Positions 49,740 to 59,667 of a DNA stretch of 64,000 nt are shown piece by piece. Under the pieces are notes generated by a model, which saw only the letters and a list, made by a program, of their open reading frames with translations, was not told the DNA's origin and searched no databases. Origin of the DNA: Candidatus Hadarchaeales archaeon (GTDB taxonomy: Archaea > Hadarchaeota > Hadarchaeia > Hadarchaeales > WYZ-LMO6); the NCBI GenBank assembly GCA_038851755.1, contig JAWCKR010000005.1, positions 5,819-69,818 on the forward strand, written 5' to 3'. Every line of letters begins with the position of its first letter. The first letter of the stretch is position 1. The position numbers were made by a program, and so were the translations under genes.

Positions 49740-50830
49740 TCCTTCCTCCCTCCGGGGTTCTCCCTGAACCACTCCATGGCCTCCTTAAAGAAGTCTTCCC
49801 CTCCCACGGGTCTGAGCTCGAACTCGTTCCCCCTCTCGCGGTACCTCTCCGCCACCCTCTCCGGATCCGCCTGCTCCGGAGCGAAGCCCTTCAGCTCCTC
49901 CTTCTCCAGGGGCATGGAGATGAGCCCCGTCCGGTGATGCATGGAGTAGGGCGCCCTCACGTCCCCCATGGGCTTCATCACGGAGGGATCGAAGAGCACC
50001 TTCCCCTTCCTCCTCTCCTTGTGGGCCACATCAGAGGTGGTGAGGCCTGGAAGCTGCTGGGAAACCTCGAACTCCAGGAAGCGGATGAGGTCCGCGTAGA
50101 AGCTGAAGAGGTTCCTCTCCCTCTTGCCCGCCTGCAGCTCCAGCGGGCGGTAACCCTCGGGAAGCCCGTGGGGCCTGAAGCTCGCCCAGAGCTGGAAGCC
50201 CCTTGAACCGCTGTACTTCAGTCTGGGCTCCAGACCGAAGTCCTCCATCCTCTTCAGGGTGACCTCCACCACCTTCCTCACCTCCCTCTCCGGCACTTCC
50301 TTCCCCGCATCCAGGTCCAGCACGAACCAGTCGGGGCGGTCGGAGTTCACGGAGTGGATGTAGGGTATGAAGTCTATGCCATGGAGGTCCAGCCACCTCT
50401 GCAGGTCGGAGGGGCTCCTGAGGGTGATGTATCTGGGCCCCATCTTCCTCTGCAGCCACGCCCTCCCGGTGAAGAGCCTGAAGACGGAAACCCACCTTCC
50501 CCTGCAGAACTCCAGCAGGGTGGGCGCCACCACGGGATAGTAGCGCTTGGCCCTGTAGACCTTCAGGTAGTCCTGGTTCAGCTCCTCCCGGATCTCCCTC
50601 CACCTGCGCTCGAAGTACTCCCTCCCCTCCTCCGTAAGGGCGTAACCCTCGCCCTCCCTCCTCACCAGGCCCTCCTCCGCCAGTTCCTCCAGGAGACCGG
50701 AAACCTCCCTCTCCGAAAGCTCCCTTCCGGTATCGCGGCTCACCTTCTCCCTTATGTGCTCCAGGTCCACCAGCTTTCCCTTCGGCTTTATCGCCAGCGT
50801 CATCAGGATGTGGTCCCTTGGCCCCGCCAT
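49736..50830 (-). CDS. LigD-Pol-like AEP primase-polymerase with N-terminal winged helix
   Basis: RPDWFVLDLD, KYSGSRGFQ, GKVLFD..RAPYS; N-terminal LEELAEEGLV..YALTEEG. Confidence 0.85.
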   Translation of the reverse strand: MAGPRDHILMTLAIKPKGKLVDLEHIREKVSRDTGRELSEREVSGLLEELAEEGLVRREGEGYALTEEGREYFERRWREIREELNQDYLKVYRAKRYYPVVAPTLLEFCRGRWVSVFRLFTGRAWLQRKMGPRYITLRSPSDLQRWLDLHGIDFIPYIHSVNSDRPDWFVLDLDAGKEVPEREVRKVVEVTLKRMEDFGLEPRLKYSGSRGFQLWASFRPHGLPEGYRPLELQAGKRERNLFSFYADLIRFLEFEVSQQLPGLTTSDVAHKERRKGKVLFDPSVMKPMGDVRAPYSMHHRTGLISMPLEKEELKGFAPEQADPERVAERYRERGNEFELRPVGGEDFFKEAMEWFRENPGGRKE

Positions 50831-50846
50831 GTCGGCTCCAGAGGGA

Positions 50847-51011
50847 TCAGAGCTCGGCCAGCTTCCTGCCCAGCAGCTTCTCGGCGCAGTCCTGGCAGAA
50901 GAACCTGGCCTTGGCCTCCCCGGGGACCACCACCTTCAGGTAACCGGCGCCGTAGCTCATGAGCTGGATCTGCTTCCCGCAGGACTTGCACTTCGGCCCC
51001 TTGGCGCGCAT
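50847..51011 (-). CDS. small zinc-finger protein (54 aa, not in ORF track)
   Basis: MRAKGPKCKSCGKQIQLMSYGAGYLKVVVPGEAKARFFCQDCAEKLLGRKLAEL; GGAGG before ATG. Confidence 0.75.
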   Translation of the reverse strand: MRAKGPKCKSCGKQIQLMSYGAGYLKVVVPGEAKARFFCQDCAEKLLGRKLAEL

Positions 51012-51082
51012 CCTCCCTTTCCTCCTCCCCTTAAATCAGCTTTTCCCCCTCCCCAAGATAAAAGCTCCCCCTCCCAGAGTTC

Positions 51083-51775
51083 ATGGTGCTTCCCATCCTC
51101 AGACCCCGCGGCGCGGTGAACCTGAACCAGCTGATAAAAATCCAGCGCAGAGTGGCCGAGAAAGTCAGTACCGTGGACGGGTGGAAAAGGCTCGAGAGGG
51201 TGGCGGGGCTTGACCTGGCCTACGCGGGAAAGGACCGGGGATACTCCTCCTGCGTGGTGCTGGACCTCACCACCCTCGAGGTGCTGGAGCAGAGGGTGAA
51301 AAAGGTCAGGATAAGGTTCCCCTACCTCCCCACCTTCCTGGCCTTCAGGGAGCTGGAGGGGATGCTGGAGGTGGCCAGGGGGGTGGAAGCGGACGTGTAC
51401 ATGGTGGACGGGCACGGGGTGGCCCATCCCAGGAGGGCTGGACTGGCCTCCCACCTGGGGGTGGTGCTGGACAAGCCTGCGCTGGGGGTGGCGAAGTCCA
51501 GGCTCTGCGGCGAAGGGGAGGACCCCCCCCTCCGCAGGGGTGGATGCTCCCTGCTGAGGGAAGGGGGGGAGGTGGTGGGGGCCGCGGTGAGGACCAGGAC
51601 AGGCGCGAAACCCGTGTACGTGAGCGTGGGACACAGGCTCTCCCTCCGAACGGCCATAGAGCTCACGCTCAGGACCTCCCCCTCTTTCAGGATACCACAG
51701 CCCCTCAGGCTGGCCCACCTTCTAGCCACCCTCAAAGCTTCGAGGAGAGCTGTGGAAGGGTTCGGCCACCTTTGA
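51083..51775 (+). CDS. nfi: endonuclease V
   Basis: AGLDLAY, FPYLPTFLAFRE, VDGHGVAHPRRAGLA, GVAKS, YVSVGH. Confidence 0.95.
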   Translation: MVLPILRPRGAVNLNQLIKIQRRVAEKVSTVDGWKRLERVAGLDLAYAGKDRGYSSCVVLDLTTLEVLEQRVKKVRIRFPYLPTFLAFRELEGMLEVARGVEADVYMVDGHGVAHPRRAGLASHLGVVLDKPALGVAKSRLCGEGEDPPLRRGGCSLLREGGEVVGAAVRTRTGAKPVYVSVGHRLSLRTAIELTLRTSPSFRIPQPLRLAHLLATLKASRRAVEGFGHL

Positions 51776-51778
51776 AAA

Positions 51779-52091
51779 GGCGGCGGGCGCGCCGAAGGTG
51801 GACGCCTTCGCCGCGCACCGTTGACCGGCCCCTCAGGCTCCATCCCGCTTTCCGCAAGCGCCGAACGTCCTGCCCACCCTTGCTGACTTCCGCCCCTGGG
51901 GGGTTCAGCAGGCAAGGGAGGTTCTCCCCGGCCCTCCGGTCGGGGCCCCTCCGCCGCCGACCCTGCGGGGCGGGACTTCCGCGCCCGGAACCGGGCGGTG
52001 CGAGGTTCCAGCGCCGCCCCCCGGCTTCGGCCCGGCGTGTAGCGGATTTCCGGTCACAGGGGACCGCTAGCCCCCCGCCTAGCCCGCCGCC
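51779..52091 (-). ncRNA. ffs: archaeal signal recognition particle (7S) RNA
   Basis: 5' GGGCUAGGCGGGGGG..CCCCUGUGACCGGAAAUCCGC Alu domain, helix 8 CCAGGGGCGGAAGUCAGCA, 10-bp terminal stem, about 313 nt. Confidence 0.93.
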
Positions 52092-52128
52092 ATTTAAAGA
52101 GTGGTTCCCCCACCTTATCAATTTTGGT

Positions 52129-53325
52129 TTACAGGAGGGAGGGGAAGAGGTTCAGGAGGAGGATGAAGAGGAGGAAGAGGGAGAAGGAATTGGAGAGCTG
52201 CCTGGCCCTCCTTTTCGACATCCTCAGCTCCAGCAGGCCCCTGAACATGTAGCCCCCGTCCAGGGGCACCAAGGGAAGGAGGTTGAACATCCCTATGCCC
52301 AGGTTCAGGACGAAGATCCACTTCAGGAGGTCCACCAGCGGCCAGGGAACGGAGGGGGTGTAGAAGTAGCGGTGGAGGAGGGCGTAGGGGGGGAGGACGG
52401 GCCTTCCCAGCAGCTCGTTCACCATGAGGCCTAGCATGGAAACGGGATGGAGGAGCTCGAGGCGGGAGGGCGAGGAAACGGGCCATATCCCCAGACCCCC
52501 CCTGTTGTCCCTGTTGTCCGCCGTGACCAGGAGGTTCTCCTTCTCCGTCTCCAGGACCACGTTCTCCCCCGGTCTCAGGTTCTCCACCTCCCTGGCGTAG
52601 TCCTCCCAGGTGCGCAGGGGCTTGCCGTTCAGGGAGAGGAGGAGGGTGCCCAGCTCCAGGTTCTCGCAGGGTCCGTTCTCCCTCACCCCCCAAACGCGCA
52701 CGCCCGGACGGGGGGAGAGGAGGAGGAAGAGCAGCAGGAAGACCAGGAGGCCCACCAGAACGTTGGCGAAGGGACCCGCCGCGAAGACGCGCAGCCTCTT
52801 CCTCAGGGGGGAGACGTTCAGCCTCTTCTCGTCGGGCTCCACGAAGGCCCCGGGTATGGCCACGAAGAGGAGGAGACCCATGGACTTAGCGGGGATGCCC
52901 TGGGCCCTCATCAGGAGGCCGTGGGAGACCTCGTGCACCAGGAGAACCACTGCCACCGAGATCAGCCACCAGTAGACGGTGAGACCGGGGATGACACCGG
53001 GGAGCACGAACCTGGCCCCGGCCACGGACAGCTCGGGCCTCCGCAGGATGAGGTAGGCGTTGAGGAGGAGGTTGAGGAGGACGAAGAACATGAGGAGGAG
53101 GCCCACCCAGACCCCCACCTCTCCGAACCGAACCCATCCCGTCCTTCGGCGTCGCGCGGCGCGGTCGATGAGGCTGAGGCCCCTCTCGGTCCTCCAGAGG
53201 AGCATACCCCCCTCCAGGGAGAACCCGTACCTCTTCAGCCCCCACTCCCGGTAAAGGAGGAGGAAGACCGCCCAGAAGAAGCCCAGCCCAAGGAGAAACA
53301 GGAGAAGGTGCTGTGAGGGATCCAT
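52129..53325 (-). CDS. site-2 protease (M50) with PDZ-like insert
   Basis: HEVSHG, GAFVEPD, AGPFAN, NLLPLVPLDGG. Confidence 0.93.
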   Translation of the reverse strand: MDPSQHLLLFLLGLGFFWAVFLLLYREWGLKRYGFSLEGGMLLWRTERGLSLIDRAARRRRTGWVRFGEVGVWVGLLLMFFVLLNLLLNAYLILRRPELSVAGARFVLPGVIPGLTVYWWLISVAVVLLVHEVSHGLLMRAQGIPAKSMGLLLFVAIPGAFVEPDEKRLNVSPLRKRLRVFAAGPFANVLVGLLVFLLLFLLLSPRPGVRVWGVRENGPCENLELGTLLLSLNGKPLRTWEDYAREVENLRPGENVVLETEKENLLVTADNRDNRGGLGIWPVSSPSRLELLHPVSMLGLMVNELLGRPVLPPYALLHRYFYTPSVPWPLVDLLKWIFVLNLGIGMFNLLPLVPLDGGYMFRGLLELRMSKRRARQLSNSFSLFLLFILLLNLFPSLL

Positions 53326-53392
53326 CCTTTCCCCTCTCCCCTCCCCTCGTATAAGCCCACCCCAACCCTAATACTTCTGGGGTCGGAGTGGA

Positions 53393-53698
53393 ATGATGTA
53401 TGTGCTCCTCACCACCGTGGACGAAAGGAGGAAGGCCGAAGAGCTGGCGAGGAGGGTGGTGGAGGAGAAGCTGGCCTCCTGCGTGACCGTGCTCCCGGGC
53501 GCCAAATCTTTCTACTTCTGGAAGGGAAAGAGGGAGGAGGCGGGGGAGCTCCTGCTCCTGATGAAGACCCTCAGTCCCAGGAAGCTGATGAGGAGGCTGA
53601 AGGAGATCCACCCCTACGAGGTGCCCGAGCTGCTGGTCCTCAAGGCCTCCGCGGTCTCGGAGGAGTACCTGCGATGGGCAAGAGAAGCGGTGGGGTGA
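53393..53698 (+). CDS. cutA: divalent-cation tolerance protein CutA
   Basis: LVEEKLASC-like, SFYFWKG, HPYEVPE. Confidence 0.92.
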   Translation: MMYVLLTTVDERRKAEELARRVVEEKLASCVTVLPGAKSFYFWKGKREEAGELLLLMKTLSPRKLMRRLKEIHPYEVPELLVLKASAVSEEYLRWAREAVG

Positions 53699-54408
53699 AC
53701 CCGGCCTCCCCGAAGGCCGACAGGAGGGAGGTGATCTACCCTCCCAAGAGATGGGAGTTGCTGAAGGGGCTGAGGGAGAGGGCGCTGGAGGTGATGGAGG
53801 CCCTCTCGAGGAGGGGGATGGAGGCGCTGGCGCACGGAAGCCTGGCCAGGGGTGACGTGGAGGAGGATAGCGACATCGACCTCTTCCTTCCCCAGCCCTT
53901 CCCCTCCTACCTGGTGGAGACGGCCCTGTTGGAGACGGGCCTCGCTCCCGAGCGGAGGGAACTGGTGATGGCCACACCCTGGCAGCTTCCCAAGGCCCAC
54001 CTCCACCTGGATGAGCGAACCGTGGTCACCTTTCCCCTCCTGAAACCCAGACCCCTGGAGCTGGAGTTCTACCACTTCGGGGGCGCGCTTGAGAGAGAGG
54101 GCCTGGGCAGGGGAGAGAGGGTACCGGGAGTGGACAAGAGGCTCATGCTCATCGAGCCCACCCCTTCGGGGCACGTGGAGAGCCCGGTGAAGGGAAGGGA
54201 AGGGGAGGTGGCCAAGAGGCTGGGCGTGAGCTTGGAGATCGTGAGGGAGAGGGTACAGGTGCTCACCGCCAGAAAGGAGGAAGGGCACACGGGTCTCTTC
54301 CTCAGAAGGGAGCTTTCGCCTTCCGAGAGCTTCGAGGAGGTCTTCGACTCCCTGGCCCGCTCCCATTCCTTCCTGAGGCTGAGGCTCAAGCCCGGGAAGC
54401 CTCGGTGA
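53695..54408 (+). CDS. archaeal nucleotidyltransferase-domain protein
   Basis: HGSLARGDVEEDSDID, EFYHFGG, RVPGVDKRL, GHTGLF. Confidence 0.85.
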   Translation: MNPASPKADRREVIYPPKRWELLKGLRERALEVMEALSRRGMEALAHGSLARGDVEEDSDIDLFLPQPFPSYLVETALLETGLAPERRELVMATPWQLPKAHLHLDERTVVTFPLLKPRPLELEFYHFGGALEREGLGRGERVPGVDKRLMLIEPTPSGHVESPVKGREGEVAKRLGVSLEIVRERVQVLTARKEEGHTGLFLRRELSPSESFEEVFDSLARSHSFLRLRLKPGKPR

Positions 54409-55960
54409 GGCGGGAGATGACGAAGTCCCTCTCCATGGCGGAAAGGAAGTTCCCCACCCTGGGCCCCGCTTCCCTACCTATGAAGACCAGGTAGAGGGCC
54501 TTGAAGAGCTCCGGGGGATCCATCCCCAGTTCCCTAGCCACCTCGTAGACCCTGTTGTGGAGGGCCACGGGGTCGTACTCCCTCTCCCTCAGGTCGGAAG
54601 CCAGCTGGGAGAGGGCCCTCCTCTGCACCTCCGTGAGCCTCCCCCTCACCTCCTCCGGCAGGACCTCCAGCACCCTGAACCTCATCCACTCCGGGGCGTA
54701 CTCCTCCGCCCACCTCCTGGCCCTCCTGAGCCTGGCCAGGGCCCGCTTCACGTCCTCCTCCTCCGGCCGTACCAGGAAACCCCTCTCCCTCATGATTTCC
54801 AGTCCCCTCTCCTCCTTCTCCCCCACCACCTGGCTCAGGACCGCCGCGAACCTGAAGGGGACGCGCTGGGGCTTCCCGGCGGGGACTTTCCCCACCTGGG
54901 AGAGCTCGTAGATCCTGGAGAGCTGCTCCTCCCTCTTCCCCTCCCCACCGGAGAAGTAGACCTCCTCTACCCTGTCGTACTCGTCGTAGAGGTCCAGCAG
55001 GGGGAGACCGGGATCGAAGGACTTGCTCTTCATGGCCTTGCTCCTGAAGATGAAGTACCTGAGGAGCTCCGGCTCGGCTATCGAGAGCCACTGGGAGAGG
55101 GTGAAGACCACCCCCCTGGAGGAGGACATGCGCTTCCCCGACAGGCTCACCCACTCGTAGGGGATGGGATAGGGGGCGGGCCAGCCGAAGATCCTCTCCG
55201 CAATCTCCTTCCCCGTCTCGTAGCTGCCCCCTTTCACCGCGTGGTCCTTCCCGAAGGGCTCGCAGGTCACGCCCAACAGCTTCCACCTGGCCGGCCACTC
55301 CACCCTCCAGGTGAGCTTACCCTCCCCCTTCGTGTAGTCCGCCTTCCCCTCGTGCCCGCATCCCCCCACGTAAGTGCAACCCTCGCACACGTACTTCACG
55401 TAGTCACCAGACCACGCGTACGCCCTGGTGGTGGAGATCCTGCCGCAGTTCTCGCAGAGGGGATCGTAGGGGAGCCATCCCTCCGGGAGGGGCTTGTCCC
55501 GGTGCCGGTTGAGGATTCCCCTTATCTCCTCCGCCCTCTCCAGGGAGAGCCTTATCAGGGGTGCCATTCTTCCGCTCCGGTAGACCTCGCTCCCCCTCAT
55601 CACCTTCAGCCTGAGGCCGAACTCCTTGAAGGAGGCTATGAAGTCACGGGAGAAGTAGTCCACAAAATCCTCGAAACCCTCCTCGGGAGAGGGAAGCGTG
55701 GCGTAGGGCATCCCCAGGTACTTCTGGTAGGAGGGGGGCAGTGGCCAGGGGACCCGGCGGAGGGGGTCGAAGTCGTCGGCATACCAGACGGCCTCGGCCT
55801 CGCCCCCCCTCTCCTCTATCGACCTCCTCACTCCGTCCGCGATGAACACGTCGTTGGAGTGCCCTATGTGGATGTGTCCGGAGATGGAGATCCCGCTCGC
55901 CACCAGGTGCTTCTTCCCCCGGGCCAGGAGTTCCTCCGCCACCTCGTCGATCCAGTGCAT
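54386..55960 (-). CDS. lysS: class I lysyl-tRNA synthetase
   Basis: SGISISGHIHIG, KLTWRVEWPARW, EPFGKDH, RMSSSRG. Confidence 0.95.
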   Translation of the reverse strand: MHWIDEVAEELLARGKKHLVASGISISGHIHIGHSNDVFIADGVRRSIEERGGEAEAVWYADDFDPLRRVPWPLPPSYQKYLGMPYATLPSPEEGFEDFVDYFSRDFIASFKEFGLRLKVMRGSEVYRSGRMAPLIRLSLERAEEIRGILNRHRDKPLPEGWLPYDPLCENCGRISTTRAYAWSGDYVKYVCEGCTYVGGCGHEGKADYTKGEGKLTWRVEWPARWKLLGVTCEPFGKDHAVKGGSYETGKEIAERIFGWPAPYPIPYEWVSLSGKRMSSSRGVVFTLSQWLSIAEPELLRYFIFRSKAMKSKSFDPGLPLLDLYDEYDRVEEVYFSGGEGKREEQLSRIYELSQVGKVPAGKPQRVPFRFAAVLSQVVGEKEERGLEIMRERGFLVRPEEEDVKRALARLRRARRWAEEYAPEWMRFRVLEVLPEEVRGRLTEVQRRALSQLASDLREREYDPVALHNRVYEVARELGMDPPELFKALYLVFIGREAGPRVGNFLSAMERDFVISRLTEASRA

Positions 55961-55995
55961 CCGCAAGATTTTATTCGCGCCCTCTAAAAGGTGCT

Positions 55996-57153
55996 GTGTC
56001 ACCCAGACCCGCGGAGAGGATGAAAAACATACCTCCCTCCAGCACCCTCAGGGTGCTCTCCCTGGCCAAGCGGCTGGAGAGGGAGGGAAGGAAGATCCTC
56101 CACCTGGAGGTGGGGGAGCCCGACTTCGACACCCCGGATCACGTGAAGAGGGCCGCCTGGGAAGCCCTGCAGAGGGGGATGACCAAGTACACGCCCTCGG
56201 AGGGGCTGCCCGAACTGAGGGAGGCCGTGGCGGAGAGGGTGGGAGCGGAAGCTGGGAACGTGCTGATCACCCCAGGGGCCAAGCACGCCATCTTCTGCGC
56301 CATGGAGGCCATCCTGGACCCCGGGGAGGAGGTAATCCTTCCCTCCCCCTGCTGGACCTACGACGGCATCGTGCTGAGCGCGGGGGGCAGGCCTGTCTTC
56401 CTGGAGACGAGGATGGAGGAGGGCTTCAGGGTGGATCCGGGGAGGCTGGAGAGGGCGCTCACCCCCAGGACCAAGCTCCTCGTCCTCAACTCCCCCTCCA
56501 ACCCCACGGGGGCCGTGCTGGACGAGGAGAACCTCAGGGCCATCCTGGAGCTGGCCAGGGAAAGAAACCTCTGGATCCTCACGGACGAGATCTACGACCA
56601 CCTGGTCTACGAGGGGAAGAGCGCCAGCCTCCTCTCCCTCGCGGGCTCCCTGGAGGGCATCGTCTACATCAACGGCTTCTCCAAGACCTACGCCATGACG
56701 GGCTGGAGGCTGGGATACGCGGTGGCGCCCAAGGAGCTGGTGGCGGAGATGAACAAGATCCAGCAGGCCTCCACCTCCTGCGTCCCTGGCTTCGTGCAGG
56801 TGGCGGGGCTGGAGGCCCTCAGGGGACCCCAGGACTTCGTGGAGAGGATGAGGGAGGAGTTCCGGAGGAGGAGGGACTTCCTGGTGAAGGGGCTCTCCTC
56901 CCTGGGCCTGAGGTGCCTGCCACCCCAGGGGGCCTTCTACGTCTTCCCCCGCCTGCCCGAGGGGATGGGGGACTCCACCCGCTTCTGCGAGCTGCTTCTG
57001 GAGAAGGCCGGGATAGCCTCCGTCCCTGGAGCGGGTTTCGGGCCCTTCGGGGAGGGCCATGTGAGGTTCAGCTTCGCCTGCTCCATGGAGGTGCTCAGGG
57101 AGACCCTGGAGAAGCTTGGTGAGTTCCTGAGGAACCTCCGTACCCGAGGGTGA
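55996..57153 (+). CDS. PLP-dependent class I/II aminotransferase (AspAT-like)
   Basis: GEPDFDTP, NSPSNPTG, DEIY, GFSKTYAMTGWRLG. Confidence 0.93.
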   Translation: MSPRPAERMKNIPPSSTLRVLSLAKRLEREGRKILHLEVGEPDFDTPDHVKRAAWEALQRGMTKYTPSEGLPELREAVAERVGAEAGNVLITPGAKHAIFCAMEAILDPGEEVILPSPCWTYDGIVLSAGGRPVFLETRMEEGFRVDPGRLERALTPRTKLLVLNSPSNPTGAVLDEENLRAILELARERNLWILTDEIYDHLVYEGKSASLLSLAGSLEGIVYINGFSKTYAMTGWRLGYAVAPKELVAEMNKIQQASTSCVPGFVQVAGLEALRGPQDFVERMREEFRRRRDFLVKGLSSLGLRCLPPQGAFYVFPRLPEGMGDSTRFCELLLEKAGIASVPGAGFGPFGEGHVRFSFACSMEVLRETLEKLGEFLRNLRTRG

Positions 57154-57772
57154 GGAGCTCCCTGATCCTCCTCGCCTTGACCCTTCCTATCCCCCTCACC
57201 TTCCTCAGCTCCCCCTCCGAGGCCCTCATCACCGCCTCCACCGTCCCGAAGTGCTGGAGGAGCCTCTCGGCCAGCACGGAGGAAACCCCCGGAAGCCCCT
57301 CCACCACGAACCTCTGCTGAAGGGAAAGGGGAAGACCCTCCCTCTTCCTCCTCAACGGGGGGAGCCTCCTCCTCTCCTCCCTCTCCCTCCTGGTGAGGAG
57401 CCAGAGGAGGGAGGCGGTCTGGGAGCAGTTCCTGGTCCTGAGCACGGGTATCCCCAGATCCATGACCAGGTGGAGCATCGCCCCCTGCACCGCGTGGGGG
57501 TGGAGCTTCCCCAGCTCCTCCGGGGCTTCCTCACCCTCCACCACCAGCACCGGCCTCTCAAACTTTTCCCTCATCCTCCTGGCCTGGTCCATCAGCCTGC
57601 CGTCCACGATCGACCTCACGAAGTCCCTCACGCTCTTCCTCTCCACGACCACCCTGTCGCTCACCACGAAGTCTCCCACCTCCAGCCTGCTCACCTCGGG
57701 CTCCACGCCCCTCTTCCTCAGCTCCCTCTCCAGCTCCCCTCCAAGCTCCTGCCTGTCCGCCAGTATCCTCAG
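57095..57772 (-). CDS. xpf: short XPF/ERCC4 structure-specific endonuclease
   Basis: LADRQE, GDFVV, VERKSVRDF, two HhH motifs; CTG start inferred. Confidence 0.88.
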   Translation of the reverse strand: MRILADRQELGGELERELRKRGVEPEVSRLEVGDFVVSDRVVVERKSVRDFVRSIVDGRLMDQARRMREKFERPVLVVEGEEAPEELGKLHPHAVQGAMLHLVMDLGIPVLRTRNCSQTASLLWLLTRREREERRRLPPLRRKREGLPLSLQQRFVVEGLPGVSSVLAERLLQHFGTVEAVMRASEGELRKVRGIGRVKARRIRELLTLGYGGSSGTHQASPGSP

Positions 57773-59667
57773 GCGCTCCGGAAGAACTCCTCCAGCCTCC
57801 TCCGTAGCTCTCCCTCCTCCACCCTCCTCAGCCTCTCCGCCATCCAGCCCGGCAGGCTCCCCCTCACGAAGGGGGAGAACACCCTCTCGTCCAGGAAGAC
57901 GATGGCCGCCCTGTCGGAGAGGAGGCGGTGGGCCCTCCCGGCGGCCTGGGCCAGGCGCCGGTGGGCCGGAAGGTAGTACCCGTACCTCCTGCCAAGGCCG
58001 GGGAACTGGTCCTCCCAGTACTCCACCGTCCTCTCCAGACGCTTGCTCGGGGGTGCGTAGGGAATCCCGACCGCCACCACGGAGTCCATCTGGTGCCCCG
58101 GGTAGTCTCCCCCCTCCGCGTTCCTCCCTCCCATCACCCCCAGGAGAACCGCTCCACCCCTCTCCGCGCAGGACTTGAACTCCCTGATCTTCCTGTCGTT
58201 CTCCTCCGAGGAGCTCTCCCTCTCCTCCACGAGGAGGGGCTTGGAGAGGCCCTCCTCCAGACCCTCCTTCAGCAGCCCCTCCAGGACCTCGTAGCTGGCC
58301 GTGAAGACCCCCACGTTGCCCGGGGTGGCGGCCTCCACCTCCAGGATTGCCTTCACCATCCTCCGGTACATCCCGGGACCCCTGCTCTGCTCCCTGGTGG
58401 TGACTCCCCTCACCACCAGGGCGAGCACGTTCCCCGGGGGAAAGGGGGAGGAACACCTGAGCTTCAGGGAAGAGGGGAGGCCCACCACGTCGGCGTACGC
58501 CTCGAGGGGGGAGAGGGTGCCCGAGGTACAGACCACCGCCCTCGCCCTCTCGAAGACCGGGAGGGTGAGGAACCTGGGGTCCAGAGCCTGCACCTCCAGC
58601 ACCGGCGTCCCGTCTCCCCTCACCGAAACGATCCTGAGGAACTCCTTCCTCCCCGCCGTCTCCGCCACCCACAGCAGGAACCTCCCCACCGCCCGCAGGT
58701 GGGACCTGGGCGCCCTTCCCTCCCTCAGCCTGAGCAGGACCATCCTCTCTCCAGCTTCCAGGAGGTGCTCCCCAGCCTCCCTCGCCCCTCCCAACCTCCT
58801 CCTCATTTCCTCCTCCAGCTCTCCCCCCTCCAGCACCCTCTCCTCACCCTCCCTCAACCCCCTGGAAAGCTCCCCCAGCACCTCCTCCATTACCGAACAG
58901 AACTCCTCCGCCTCCCCGTCCTCCAGCTCGGAGGCCTCCCTCTCCCCCTGGAGGAGGGAGCCGAGCACCAGCCTCTCACTAGCCAGCTCCACCGCCAGCT
59001 CGGGAAGGTTGTGGGCCTCATCGAAGACCACCGCCAGCTCGGGCAGGCCGGCCCCCAGGCCCTTGAGGAAGGGGGGGCGGATGGAGGGATCGAGCAGGTA
59101 GAGGTAGCTGCAGGCCACCACCCTCATCTCTGGCATCAGACCCCTGGAGATCTCGTAAGGGCAGAGACCCTCCTCCTTGCACCGCGCGAGGAGCTCGCCA
59201 GCCGTGACCTGGTCCCCAGAGAACTCTGAAACCAGCTCCTCCCCCTTCCTCTCCAGCCTGTCGAAGAACTGGCACCTCCCCTCCTTCCTGAGAACGGTGC
59301 ACAGGTGGGCCGCCTCTCCGGCCCCGGAGGTGAACCTCCTCAACAGGGGATGGAGGCACATCTCCCTCCTCCCCCTGAGGGACATCCCTGGGGCGTCAAG
59401 GCGGGAGGAGAGAGTTCTCAGTTCCTCCACCACCCTGTCCAGCTGACCGTGCGTTCTGGAGCAGTACACCACCTTGACACCCTCCAGCTCGGGGGAGGAG
59501 AGAAGACCGCAGAGGAGGGCCACCGTTTTTCCCATCCCGGTGGGGCCCTCCGCCACCAGCGGAGTGGACTCCCCCATGGCCCTCCTGACCGCCACCATCA
59601 GCTCCAGCTGGGGCTCCCTGATCTCCCGGTAGGGGAAGATCGAGAGCAGCTCGGGGTAGTCCCTCAG
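57769..59667 (-). CDS. xpd: XPD/Rad3/DinG Fe-S DNA helicase
   Basis: FPYREIREPQ, PTGMGKT, four Fe-S Cys, DEAHNL, SGTL, QAAGRAHR; CTG start inferred. Confidence 0.92.
   Translation of the reverse strand: MRDYPELLSIFPYREIREPQLELMVAVRRAMGESTPLVAEGPTGMGKTVALLCGLLSSPELEGVKVVYCSRTHGQLDRVVEELRTLSSRLDAPGMSLRGRREMCLHPLLRRFTSGAGEAAHLCTVLRKEGRCQFFDRLERKGEELVSEFSGDQVTAGELLARCKEEGLCPYEISRGLMPEMRVVACSYLYLLDPSIRPPFLKGLGAGLPELAVVFDEAHNLPELAVELASERLVLGSLLQGEREASELEDGEAEEFCSVMEEVLGELSRGLREGEERVLEGGELEEEMRRRLGGAREAGEHLLEAGERMVLLRLREGRAPRSHLRAVGRFLLWVAETAGRKEFLRIVSVRGDGTPVLEVQALDPRFLTLPVFERARAVVCTSGTLSPLEAYADVVGLPSSLKLRCSSPFPPGNVLALVVRGVTTREQSRGPGMYRRMVKAILEVEAATPGNVGVFTASYEVLEGLLKEGLEEGLSKPLLVEERESSSEENDRKIREFKSCAERGGAVLLGVMGGRNAEGGDYPGHQMDSVVAVGIPYAPPSKRLERTVEYWEDQFPGLGRRYGYYLPAHRRLAQAAGRAHRLLSDRAAIVFLDERVFSPFVRGSLPGWMAERLRRVEEGELRRRLEEFFRSA

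Noticed and set aside
51779-52091. GC-rich structured region as a novel RNA or as the ORFs 51544-52434 and 51732-52121
   Set aside because: It matches archaeal SRP RNA; the ORFs are spurious
57773-58672. 525-aa ORF as the true XPF length
   Set aside because: The upstream part is a Gly/Pro/Arg-rich alternative frame of XPD
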